A stretch of 64,000 bases of DNA. Origin: Lama guanicoe. Its lineage: Eukaryota. Location of the stretch: NCBI GenBank assembly GCA_013239625.1, contig MU053934.1:3924399-3988398 (forward strand), given 5' to 3'. The notes below the pieces were generated by a model. The model was given only the letters and a program-made list of their open reading frames with translations. It was not told the origin of the DNA and made no database searches. The position numbers and the translations under genes were made by a program. Shown here one piece after another: positions 1 to 11,614 of this stretch (positions within the stretch are counted from its first letter, which is position 1; each line of letters begins with the position of its first letter).

Positions 1-519
1 TCCAGGGCACAGATTGCTGCTTCTTTCCTTACCTAAAGCACCCGGCAGTCAGATAAATAATAGATGGCCTTCACCTCACACGCAGGTATCAGACGTGAGA
101 ACACCGGCTTTGCCCCCACAGTGCCCTGGGTGTGTGTTCGTGTGTATCGTCTGGCCTTGCACAATCCCAGAGGGGATATGGGTTGGGAACAGATACCCAT
201 GCCCACCTTTCAACCCCATCACCTTGCCCTGGCCTGGAGTCGACCAGCACTAGCCCTAAGCGGTGTGCCAGGGGAGGAAACCTACAGGACGGATGCACAC
301 ACCCTAAACCAGTCTCTGTGGTCCCTTTCCAAGCAAACATCCTTGGAGCCCCAGGTTCCTGTGGGTGCCCCTCCAAACAGCTGACCAGTATGTAAGGCAT
401 GTACACCTTCAGGCATGTATCCCCAAAGCCCTTGCCAGGCCAGCCGCCATCCCAGATCACAGCTACCCTCACAGGGCAAAGCTGATTCTCCCACTCACTC
501 GGCCGTGCCAGGCGCCAGC

Positions 520-1150
520 ACGCCCACCGGGCGCACACAATCCCACTTGCAAAGGGCCTGTCCATCTGCCTCCCCACTCCCCCAAGCCACCCCCACGGTT
601 AGGTCCAATTACACTCCAGGCGCCGGCCCCGCCACGTTGGCGAGGAGGGGGCCAGGGCACACCCCACGGGTAGGAAAGGCCGGGCCGCGGACACCCTCTC
701 CCTCCTGGCCAGGCGGCCTCCTTCGTCCCCTCCCCGCCCGGGGACCCATGGCCAATGCGACCCGCCGGGCATCCCCTCGAGCGGGCCTCTCCAGAACCGA
801 GCAGCACCCCCGGCCCCGGGAGCCCTAGGCCGCCCCCCTCAGGGCCTCCAGCGCAGGGCTGGCGGGCGGGGTACCTCAGGAACCCATGGTGGCGGCGTGT
901 GCGGGCGATGCGCGGCGGCTGGACTCTGCGGGCGGGGCAAACGGGCGGCACCGCAGCCCTGGTATCTCGCCGCCGCCGGCGCGTCCCTGGCCCAGCGGAG
1001 TGCCGCCGCGGCGCGCCTGCGCATGAGCGCGCCGCCGGGGAGGGCGGGGCGGTGAACGCGCGGCTGAGATCACCCTCCCCGCCTTAAAGGAGACGCGGTT
1101 CCGAACCCCCGGTGGTGGGAGCGATCCTGGTTCTCCTGCTGGTAGCAAAC
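520..1150 (-). promoter_or_regulatory. TMEM184B: CpG island promoter of a gene transcribed leftwards out of the window (probably TMEM184B)
   Basis: Dense CpG/GC content, NRF1-type GCGCCTGCGCA at 1013-1023, GC box at 1042-1049, minus-strand donor GAG|GTACCC at 875/874. The gene name rests only on recalled mammalian synteny (TMEM184B lies just downstream of CSNK1E on the same strand); none of its coding sequence is in the window. Confidence 0.6.
875..1010 (-). other. TMEM184B: Non-coding first exon (5'UTR) containing the uORF ATG GGT TCC TGA (887-876)
   Basis: Minus strand reads GCCGCCACCATGGGTTCCTGAG|GTACCC. The 5' boundary (TSS) is approximate. Confidence 0.55.
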
Positions 1151-1639
1151 TGGCCACGAGTTGCCTCCTCAGCCTTCATCTGACCCCCAGCTCTGCCCGC
1201 CACCGAGCTCCTTGGGGTGCAGGGACAGAGTCGTGGGGCCCAAGCTCTGTCCCTGGCACTCGCTGGCTGTATGGACTTTCACTTCTTTTAATCCTAATTT
1301 CTTCCCTTTGGGCCTGTTTGAAGAGGAAGCATTATCTATTTGTCGAGTGCAGGGTGCATGTGGAATTGTGGAATGAATGTATACCGAAGTGCTGTGTGCA
1401 ATAACATGAGGTGATACTGCAAAACCGAGAAAGAGGTTTTCTTCCCACTCCGCTTATCGGCGCTTCTTTTTTGCCCCACCTGGCTCTCCATGGCTTATCT
1501 AGCAAAATTCTTCAGATATCATGCAAACCGCCTAGCCCATATCTGTTTGCCAGGTCCACACCCAACTCGGTTTAACTGAAAAACATAAAATCCAATCATG
1601 TTCTAGCTTTGATGTGTTCAAGATCCCCAAATTTATTTT

Positions 1640-3005
1640 TATTCCCAGCCCAGACTCCTCCCCTGAACTGTGTACTCAACACCTCATTGCTGAATTCCAG
1701 TAGGATCTTAAAGTCAACATACCCACAACAGAATCATCTCTTCTCAAATGCAGAAAAGACCTGCACCCTCACAGCCTCCCCACAACAGCAGTTAGCAAGT
1801 CCATCCTTCCAGCCTCCAGCCCAGAACTCCTGGAGTCATCCTTGAATCCCTCCACCCACTCCCTAACCAACAGGAGTGGGAAATTATGTTGTCTCTACCT
1901 GCAAAATATATCTAGACTCTGACCTCTTCAACCCCATTTCCGTGGCTATTACCCTGTCTGCTTACTGTCCAGAACTGTTGCAATATTATTACAGACTGAA
2001 TGTTTTTGTAATCCCCCTCCCAAATTCATATGCTGAAATTCTAAATCTTGGGAGATGATCGGGTCATATGGGTAGAGCCTTTGTGAATGGGATTAGTGCC
2101 TTTAAAAGACAGACCCTAGAGAACACTCTAGCCTTCTCTCTGCCATGTGAGAATACAATAAGAAATTGGCAGCCTATAATCCAGAAGACCATCGCTGGAA
2201 CCTAATCATGCTGTCAGGCACCCTGATCTCAGACTTCCAGCCTCCAAAACTATGAGAAATAAATATCTGTTGTTGATAGCCACTCAGTTGATGGTGATTT
2301 GTTATAGCAGCTCAAGCTGACCAGGATTATTGCAATGTTCTCCTAACCTGTTTCCCTTTTTCCAACCTTGCCCCCTGCCCCAGTGTACTTCAGTGCAGGA
2401 GCCAGAGGGATTCTTTTGAAACTTAAGTCAGAACGTGGCCTGGCTTTGCTCAAAACCCTCCATTAGCAGCCCGTTTCACTCTGAATAAAAGCTAAAGTCC
2501 TTAAAAATCCCTGCAGAGCCTTGCTGCATCTAACATTCCACCCACCTAGCCATGTCTGACCTCATCTCCTCCTCTTCTTTCCCTCTACTCTGACCCCTTG
2601 CTGTTCCTAGAACAAATGAAGCACACTTTGCCTCAAGTTCTTTGCAGTGGCTGTTCCCTCTACTGGGATTGCTGTTCCCTCAGATGTTAGAATGCTCCCT
2701 CTCTCACCTTCTTCAAGGGTTTGCTCACATGTACCCCATTCAGCGAGGCCTGCCCTGACCACCTTAATAAAATAGCCAAACCGCTTACATGCAGTCCTGA
2801 TTCCCCCTTTCCATGCGCTAGTTTTTCCCCACATCACTTAATTTCTGTAACATAGTTTGCCTGTTTTTTTACTGCCTTTGTCTTCCACCAGCAAAACAAA
2901 GCTCTACAAGGACAAAGAATTTTGTCCTTTTTGTTTTCTGACATAATCCCGATAGTCAGTCCAAGGGCTGGTGTAGAGAACATGCTCAAAAACCATTTGT
3001 AGCAT
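1640..3005 (+). mobile_element. Old LINE-2 3' fragment interrupted by an LTR
   Basis: Degenerate L2 motifs (ctcaaaaccctcc..., ctctgaataaaagctaaagtcc, aggcctgccctgaccacc) and an L2-like terminus near 2990. Confidence 0.65.
1985..2326 (+). mobile_element. MaLR solo LTR (MLT1A-like)
   Basis: Diagnostic blocks cccaaattcatatgctgaa, gaatgggattagtgccttta, gccatgtgag, gacttccagcctccaaaactatgagaaataaa, tttgttatagcagc. Confidence 0.8.
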
Positions 3006-4236
3006 GCCAAAGATCCCCTGGAAGGGGTCCCATAGGGAAATTCCTTCCCAGCCCGCAGGTAGGAAGTTGTTCAGGGCTTTCCCAGCACACAAACAAGGCT
3101 TATTGTCAACTGCATTATCATCATCATTTGTTCAGGACTTCCTAGCTCTCCCTCTAAACACAGGAACCCCTCCAGGGCACAGTCCCTCTCTCAATTATCA
3201 CCTTATTTTAGTTCAGTAAAGAAACCAGACACGATCAGACATTCAGAGCATCAGGCCAAACCATACCCAAATTCAGGTTCTTAGACCCTGTTCATCAAGG
3301 GCACTCTTTGAGTCTCAGCTTACAGAGGCCCCGGGCTAGCAGGGGCAGAGGCAGGTGGTGGGTATTTTTAGGCTTGGGTTGCCACAAAGGGGCTCAAAGA
3401 CAAAGTCACCTGGCCTGACTGACATGGCAGGTCAGCAGCAGGTGACATTGGGAGCCCTCCTTGGTTGTTCCCTGTCTTTTCTCATCCTCTCCCCTGGCTG
3501 TCTAATTTAGAAGATAAACATTTACCCTCTCTATTATCTCCCCACCCCATGCAAATGCCCATTCACCTAGGCTCAAAGATGCCACTCACATCTGTCCCCT
3601 TTCCCTTCCATGCCTGGGGCCACTGTCCTGGTTCAGGTCCCTTTACTTCTAGATAATCATAACAGTTCCCCAGCCCACCAGCCACCTTTACCCCTGCTCA
3701 CTGGCTACTGAAGAAAGACTACCTTTCTCTACCTCCTGCAAACAGTGAGTCTTCCTTCAAAGGCCAAATCGGATGTCATCTTTCCGTTCCTTCTTAATCC
3801 CCACCTTCCCCACTCTCTCCTCCCCCATTCTGTTTTAATTAATTTTTCCTCAACAAAAAATCACAAATAATCTGAAACTAATCAAAGAACAGTTAAGTAA
3901 ATTATGCTAGATCCATACAATGGTATATTGTGTAGATATTAAAATAGCCTACATACACATTTCAATTAACACAGGGAAATGATTAAGAGTAATACTGAGT
4001 GAAAAGGTAGTAATGAATTTGCATGACAGCCTGATCTGAACTCTGTAAAAAAAAAAAAATAAGGCTTAGAAGAAAGATTGGAAGGAAATATAACAAAATG
4101 TTACCAGTGGGTTCTCCCAAGTAGCAGGATTATAAGTATTGGTTGCATTCTCTCTCCTCTCTCTCTTATTTTATTTAATTTTTGTTTCTCTGCTTTTCCC
4201 AAAATAAGAAAAAGTTATTTAAAGAAATGATTTGTT

Positions 4237-4344
4237 CACTACCAAAAAAGAAAACTATAGGCCAATATCGTTGATGAACATAGATGCAGAAATCCTTAAA
4301 ATATTAGCAAACAGAATCCAACACATAAGAAAGATTATACACCA
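4237..4344 (+). mobile_element. Short internal L1 ORF2 (RT region) insertion with a 17-bp target-site duplication
   Basis: Translates to [33 protein letters not shown], an L1 ORF2 RT motif. Flanked by taaagaaatgatttgtt at 4220-4236 and 4345-4361. Confidence 0.9.
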
Positions 4345-5005
4345 TAAAGAAATGATTTGTTGTTCCCTCTGTTTTCTTCTCACTGGGCCTCATAATTCAT
4401 TCGAATGCATCTGTCTCCCCCACCAGACTAAGGGTCTCTCAAGGATAGGGACCAGGCTGGATTAGCTCTGCATCAAAAATCCACTCCTAGCATCTGTGGG
4501 GGAGTGCAGAGGAAAGAGCCAAGGTCTCAGCGTGCACACTGATGAGTGGCCCAGAGCCCAGAGCACTCCAGATCCACTTACCTGCAGTCTCTGTGCCTCC
4601 AACTTGTTCCCAAAGATGCTGTGAGAGCCTTGGCCAGGTGCCCTGGAGAGGCAGCGTGGTGTGGTGGCCGAACACAGGGCCAGCTCCATTTACTTCCTAG
4701 CATGACCATATGTGTCTTTGCCTCCGAGCCTCTGTTTCCCCATTAATGTGTATAAAAATATCAGCACGGTATTTTGCACACAGCTTACAGTCATGCTGCT
4801 GTCTACAGACTGAGACTGTTGAAGGTCCAACTAACTGCTTACCTGAATCTGACCCTTTTGGTTGCAACACACTAAAACCCAATTCAGTTAAACAAAGGAA
4901 AAGAATTTAAGGGCTCACTTAATTAGGAAAAACAAGCAGAGCTGGATTTGAGGCCTCAGACATGGTCATTAGGACGCTATTTCTCTCTCTCAGTCTCTAG
5001 GGAGG

Positions 5006-5007
<2 letters not shown>

Positions 5008-5044
<37 letters not shown>

Positions 5045-5051
5045 TGTGTGT
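5008..5051. repeat. (GT)n microsatellite
   Basis: About 22 GT units with one interruption. Confidence 0.95.
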
Positions 5052-5539
5052 TGGCCTCATTCCTAGGTGGTCTTTCCCCACTAAGACAAAGAGAACACCT
5101 CCTTCCCAAGAATTACTAAAGTTATGTTCCGTAGTTGCCTCTGAGTGGCCCATCCTGGGTCACTTTCCCATCTCTGAGCCTATCATTGTAGCCAGGAACC
5201 GCAGTACTAGGTCATGGCCCCGCCCCTGGATCCAGTGGGAGGAGCCAGTCCCATCTGAACCAAAAGGACTGAGAGGGAGGTTGGGGGCCTTAAGGAAAAT
5301 GGGATGTTGTGACCAAAAGAACCAGGAAAGAGTGCTGGGGAAGAAAAAAACCTCAGATGTTTGGCAGCTCAGGGAGTTAAAGTGGCTCTCCTAAGTCACC
5401 CAGAAAGGAAGACCAGGGATGGGGCAGAAGTGTAACCTCAACCGGAGAAGAGATGCAGGGAACTAGGGCAGAGCCAGCCATCCGGAAGGCGTGGCTCTTT
5501 GGAGGCCTTTACCCTGTGCAGTGGCCAAACCAGCTGGTT

Positions 5540-5715
5540 CAAACCCAACTCCACCACTGACAGTCTCTGAGACTTTGGGCAAATCACTTAGCTCCTCTGA
5601 GCCTGAGTCTCTTCATCTGTAAAATGGGGTTAATAACCATACCATCATTTCAGGGCTAATGTGAACATAACACAAGGAAGGCTGTTAACTCCAGGCCTGG
5701 CACACTATACACACT
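5540..5715 (+). mobile_element. MIR SINE
   Basis: MIR core: gggcaaatcacttagctcctctgagcctgagtctcttcatctgtaaaatggggttaataa. Confidence 0.75.
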
Positions 5716-6090
5716 GGGAAGTGTTGTTTTTAATATCTACAAATATAAACACTAAGAAAGCCTTTCCTGAAATTCCTGTTTGCAACTGAAAACATAAACA
5801 GGCCCAGCTGGGCCGATTTTGATGAACCCACCTCTAACTCTGCCATCAGTGATTCTAGTCCCAGCAGCCACCTTTTGTCTGGCATCAGGGCCTTGCTGCT
5901 GCTGTTCCCATCACCTGGAACACACTTGTTCTCACTCCCTTTCCTTTCCTCTAGTTAATTTCTACCCCCCACCCAGGTCCCTGATAAACCGTCGGTTCCC
6001 AGGATGTGTCATTAAATGGAAAAAAAGGAAATATCATAAAGAACATTAAGTATTAGATGTATCATTGATGCAAATATATATGTGTGCATC

Positions 6091-6116
6091 TGTGTGTGTG
6101 TGTGTGTGTGTGTGTG
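6091..6116. repeat. (TG)13 microsatellite
   Basis: Directly visible. Confidence 0.95.
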
Positions 6117-8251
6117 ATTTAAAACACATAGAGATTTTCTGGAAGTCAGAAGAATGGGCCCTCCCACAGAGGGCAAACAAGGACTAGGTCTTAGTCATCT
6201 CTGCATGCTCAGAACCTAACATACAGGGTCCTCGTCTTCATCACAACCACTATTCTTTGAGCAATTACTATGTGGCAGGCAACATGCTAAGCTCTTTATT
6301 GTCTCAGCAAGCAGCAGTGACTGCCATTTAGCAGATGAGGAAACTGAAGCACAGAGAGGTATTGTTATTTGGTCAAGTTCACACATGAACAGCCCGGCAC
6401 ACAGGAGAACCTTGTGGATGTTTATTAAATGAACCCAGGACCCACAGCAGCCACCACAGGGAACTAGGAAAATTAGCCAGCAAGAGGAAATGCTTCCGAC
6501 TTCACAAAGCCTTTCTTGCTGGGGTGGTGACGTTCAGGGCATCACTGGCCATCAGCAGGCAGAACAAGGCCATCCCCGAGGGATACCATTTGGCGGGGGG
6601 GTTGTGAATCAGGGATGTGGCTGGTGATGATTTACAGGTTGCTGTGAAAAGAGCCTGAGTTGGAGACACACGAGAGGAGCTTCCCTTTTTGTCTCTGTCA
6701 GTCACACACACACATCCACACATTCCTATACCTCCAGCGTAGGTGAGATGAGTCCCACTTCAGCTTACGTAGCCAAAACAAACAAGCCAATGAAAACAGG
6801 CCAAGGAGAAGGATTTACTGCCAGTATCTTTGGAATCACTAGGAACATGTTTCAGATTCACTACAAAATCCCAGGTTGCAGCAAGCTATCCCGGAGCACT
6901 CTCACCAAAAAAGGGAGGCCCACGACAGGTCAGGGACAGCAGAAGTTGGGGCAGCTCGGTCCAGGGTTTCCTCAGACAGGCTTTAATAAGAGAGAGGAGA
7001 AGAGAGGAGGAGCAAGAGGCTTGGGTCCCAGTCTCAGAGGTGCAGTGACTCAGGAATCCTGGATGGGATGATTTCAAAGGGGCTGCACCTTAATCATAGG
7101 CGCTTTGAAGATGCTGGGATCAAAGGCCTTGGGAGGCATCATTACCTGAGATGCCATTCTCCCAGGGACCTGCAAACCCAAGTTACTATCTGCAGGGATC
7201 TGTTGTGGGGGCCCTTGTGGGGCCTTCTTAAAGGGGCAGTATCCAAGGGCTGGGCCCTCTGTGCCCCTCACCCCAGCTGCTGGCTGGGCTGTTCTCCCAT
7301 CCCAACAGCGTCTCCCACATGGGCAGCACAGCCTCAGTGAAGCCAGGCTCCAGATGTGTGGTTTCCTGATCCTCAGCGGGCTATGGGACATGGCCTCACA
7401 TGGGGCAGCTGGGAGGACAGGGAGATGCTGTTGGTGCCTCAAGGTTAGGGTGAAAGGAAAGATGGCAGGGAGCAGGCCAGAGGAGGAGGAGGGGAAGGGG
7501 GCTCCATGTCACCATGGCAACATTTATCCTGCTCACCAGACCCCCTTTCCCTCACCAACTCTCATGTAGATGGGAAAGCAGGCCCCAAAGAAGCCTGAGT
7601 GGAGAGAGGGGAGACGTCTGGCAATAGGGCAGCTTGAGGTTGGAGCTTGGAATGTGTTTACTCCTCAAAATGTTAGATGGGTTCCTGTGGGTGCTTGTGA
7701 TGCAGGCTCTGGGAAAGAGGCTGCAATGTGGGGGCTCAGCATTCTTAGCTATAACTATTGCCATATCTGCTTCTGAAATAGAGCGTGGATGGGGGAGGGG
7801 AAGGAGAGAGACAACAAGAAGCAGAAGGCCCCTTTGCTAAAGCCATGCTGGAGGGGCCTCCACTGGAGCTGACTATAGGGGTCAGCTGATCCACAACCCC
7901 ATGGGATGCCCTGGCTTAGGGGGTATCAAAAAGTGGGTAGGAAAGGATAAGGGATGGCACAACTTAGAGGCAGCAGCCCAGTGGCTGGAGCAGCTTGTGT
8001 TTTACAGAAGTGACTGAACCAAGTTCGGAGGAAGCCTAGTCCTTCCTTTTGTCCCAGACCAAGTTCTCCCAGTGTCTCCTCCTCTCCTTCCTCCTTCCAA
8101 TCCTCCATCCAGTCTTCAATCCCCCTGCTCAAGGTTTCTTTGGCCTCCAAACAAGAACAGACCTCTTGGATCCTCAAAACAGCCTCTTCTCCCTTCCTGC
8201 TCTGACTCTACCCCTGGCCCCGCCCCCATCCCGAGACAAAAGGTCATCTGG

Positions 8252-8369
8252 TTTTGGGGGGGGAGTAGTTAGGTTTATTTATTTATCTATTTTTAGAGGT
8301 ACTGGGGATTGAACCCAGGACCTTGTGTATGCTAAGCATATGCTCTACCACTTGAGTTATACCTTCCCC
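8252..8369 (-). mobile_element. tRNA-derived SINE, camelid Vic-1-like
   Basis: Minus strand GGGGAAGGTATAACTCAAGTGGTAGAGCATATGCTTAGCATACACAAGGTCCTGGGTTCAATCCCCAGTACCTC plus an A-rich tail; Pol III A and B boxes; three related copies in the window. Confidence 0.85.
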
Positions 8370-10507
8370 TCTCCTGTTAATTTTTAGAAGAGTTGTTACC
8401 TGTGTGTGTATGAGCGGGAACACTGCATGGGAAGGAGCATATAGGAACTTGCTGGGGTACTGACCATCACCCACATCTTCATCAGATGGAGATAACACAG
8501 GTATATAGCATCAGGTAAAAACCTATGGGTCTGTGTACACTTAAGATGTGTGCGTTTTTCTGTACATGAATTATACCTCAAAAAAAAAAAAGAACTAGGG
8601 GGAAACAGCAGTAATCTGGCTTTTTGCCAGCCTCATTCTTTCCCCCTGCTCTGTGGATTTGAGCCCACTGATCACACCCTCCTCCCGATGCCCCACCCCA
8701 GCTCTGCCCCCTCCCTGACCGACCCTCCTAGGTTTGGAGCTGAGAATGCGTCTCAGAAAGAGAACTTGTAAGTGAGCTTTCCATCAGTGAGCCTGCTGTG
8801 CTCCCAGGTACCCAGGTAGGTAGCCTCAGAGCCTCCAAATCCTCCCTCTCAGTCGTCTAAGAGCAGACTGCGTTCTGAAACGGTTCAGTCATCCTAGACT
8901 TCGGGATGCCTCCTGCCAGGATTGTGACCAGGGCTCCCTAACCCCTCTCTCTGTCTCCTCTCTTCATCCTCCAGTCTCCCTGCCTGCTGTTGTCAGATTC
9001 CCATTCCTCAGGTTCACATCCACCCTGCGCTCTCCTGTAATCAGCTGTTCCCCAAAGTGAGGTGCCGGTGGATGGAAGTCAGGTGGGTGGGATCTGGCCT
9101 CTGCCTCCTCCAGCCTCGGCTGCTCTAGATCTCCCTCTCCCTGTGTGCTTGGAACTCTGAGTACATCAAGCTAGCCCTTACATCTGGGCCTTTGCACATG
9201 CTGTTTCCTCTTCTAGAATGACTGCCCTACCCCACCTCCTACCCCCCCACCCCCCGTAAACTACTCACATTTCAAGTCGCAGGTCAAGTATCTTTGAAAC
9301 GCCTTCCCAGTAACATCAGGCACATTCCTCCCTCCTTTGTCCCTAGTTCACACTGGGCATCTCACGCTGGATTTTGGATTGGGATGAGCCATTTCCTAAT
9401 CTGAGTCTTTCCCCCAACTAGGCTCTGAGGCCCGGGAAGTCGAAGTCACACCTTGTGTTTGAAATGTGTAGTTACCATTACTGAACACTTCAGAGATGCC
9501 TGGCTACAGTGAAGGTTAAGAGCATGGGCTGTGGAGCCAGGCAGTCTCCTCTGTGCCTCAGTGTCCTCATCCATAAAATGGGCATCATAATACACCAACC
9601 TCAGGGATTGTTATGAGCAGAGACCTGGAAACGGCCTGGCACAACGAGCCTCCAATTAACTCAGCCCTTATGTGCATCTGTGGTTCTATTTGATCCTACA
9701 ACCTCTGCAGCAGGTATCATCACACCCACTGTACAGACGAGAAAACTGAGACCCAGACAATGCTCAAGGTCACAGGGGGATCAAGCCAGCTCTCTGGACT
9801 CCAACCCTGCACTTCACTCCACCTCAGCCTGGCACCTGACATCCACAGGCCCAGTCAATGTTTGTTTCATGAATAAAAATGATTCACCAAGTGGCATGTT
9901 TACCCCTCCAATCTGGGCAAAATTTCCAGGCAATTATGTGGCGTACTTTATAAAAATAAACTGTTTGCATGGTTGACGCATCCTGGTCACTCCTCTGGCC
10001 TCAGCTTAAATATCACTTCCTCAGAAGCTGTCAGCCACCACCCCCTCCCATATACATTAGCTCCCTGAAAAAGAAACACAGGAAGGAGAAACCAGAAACC
10101 AGTGAGGATTGTGCGTAGGAACACAGTGGAGGGGGACAGGGATTGGGAGTGATTCTCTAACATAACTTGACTTTTATATAACTTGACATTCATATACGTA
10201 ATATCTCCAAAACACAAAATTAAACCAAAAGGGGGTGGGGGATGCTAACTCACTATTAAAATCAATAAAATAACTACACAGAGAAAATAATTATTTCAAG
10301 TTACTTTTGGGCACTGTACTCTGACAGCACATCCTTAGATATATTCTAGCGGGGAAAAATACCTGTAAAAAACCCTTCGCTCCACAGATACACTTTTAGA
10401 AGCAATAGTAAAATTGTCATTTAGAAACTTACATGTATTATAGGAGACAGCATATAAGCACATTAGTATTAACAGAAACTAAGATTTTCACTGCAAAAAA
10501 TAAGTAA

Positions 10508-10596
10508 TTTTTTTTTTAATTGGTGGAGGTACTGGGGATTGAACCTAGGATCTCAAGCATGCTAAGCACACACTCTACTACTGAGCTATACCCACC
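10508..10596 (-). mobile_element. tRNA-derived SINE, camelid Vic-1-like
   Basis: Same head as the 8.3 kb copy (gaggtactggggattgaacc...gctaagca...ctgagctataccc), with poly-T on the plus strand. Confidence 0.8.
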
Positions 10597-10659
10597 AATC
10601 CTGCGTCAATTTTTTTAAACAAAGATTAGCTCCTCATCTTTCCCCTCAGGGCTGGTTGG

Positions 10660-10735
10660 TAACATCACTTCCTGTCTGACGTCATATGGAAGGGGTGGAG
10701 GGCGGGGCCGCGAGTCCCTGCCTATATAGTCACCC
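10660..10735 (+). promoter_or_regulatory. Compact ETS-CRE-GC box-TATA cluster (enhancer or antisense promoter)
   Basis: ACTTCCTG 10667-10674, TGACGTCA 10677-10684, GGGCGGGG 10700-10707, TATATA 10723-10728. Confidence 0.5.
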
Positions 10736-11369
10736 CACTCCAAGAAGGCTTGCTGCGGTTCACTGCCTGCAAGGCAGGGCCCTTCGGTACTTCCTGGCTT
10801 TGAGTAACACCCCCATCCCTGATGGTTGAGAATAAGGACCCACCTTGGCCTCAGCCTCACATGCAGGGCAGCAGGAGACCCTTCACCAGGCCTGAGCCAG
10901 GCTGTGGGGTCACAGGTCTTCAAATGCCACCACTGGAAAGGGCCTTAATTATGGGATTTTTGAGCTATGCTCAGGACTTACTCTCAGAACCCTCCACCCT
11001 CTCCCCAGATTGAGCCACTGGTCAGGTGGCTTTGCTCTTGCCTACGCATGCAGATTTTGACAGTAGCGGCTCCTGGGGTAGTGAGAAGCGGGAAAGTAAC
11101 ATGTGCTGGATAAGCGCTGACCGCTGGGCAACTTTGCATAAGCTGGTCAGACAAAGCAGGCAAGGCTGAGGGCTGCTGCTTTATCAAAGCTTGGCTGAAG
11201 AAACTGCCTGAAGTCACCCGCAGCAGTTGCTGGGGCACAGAATCTAGAAGAGCTGTGGCCTCGGACAGGTTATTTTACCTCGAACTGTTCATCTGAAGGC
11301 AAGGAGATTAATATCTAACTCAAAATCCTGGATAAGATAATGCTGTGAAGAGCGTTTTGAACTTGCCTA

Positions 11370-11525
11370 TTCAGTGTGGTCCTGGGCCCTGGGCACCACC
11401 GGGCGTTTGTGAGGATACAGATTCTCAGGCCGCACTCCAGCCCTCCTGAGTCAGGAGCTGCACTTTGATGAGGCCCCCAGGTGGTCTCTATGTAGCTTTC
11501 GAAGCACAGGTTTAAAACAGCCCCA
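11370..11525. mobile_element. MER5A-like hAT DNA transposon relic
   Basis: agtgtggtcc...gatacagattctcaggccgcactccagccctcctgagtcag...cccccaggtggtctctatg resembles MER5A. Confidence 0.6.
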
Positions 11526-11614
11526 GGGAGGTACCAACCACTGCCCATACCTACCTCCCAGGGATGCTGGGGAAAAGGCCCCAGAGCAAACAGGTGAACC
11601 AAGGGCTGCCCATG

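Noticed and set aside
8252..8369. tRNA-like sequence as a real tRNA gene (also 10508-10596 and 24919-25030)
   Set aside because: Diverged copies with A-rich tails, one with a TSD: SINEs, not functional tRNAs.
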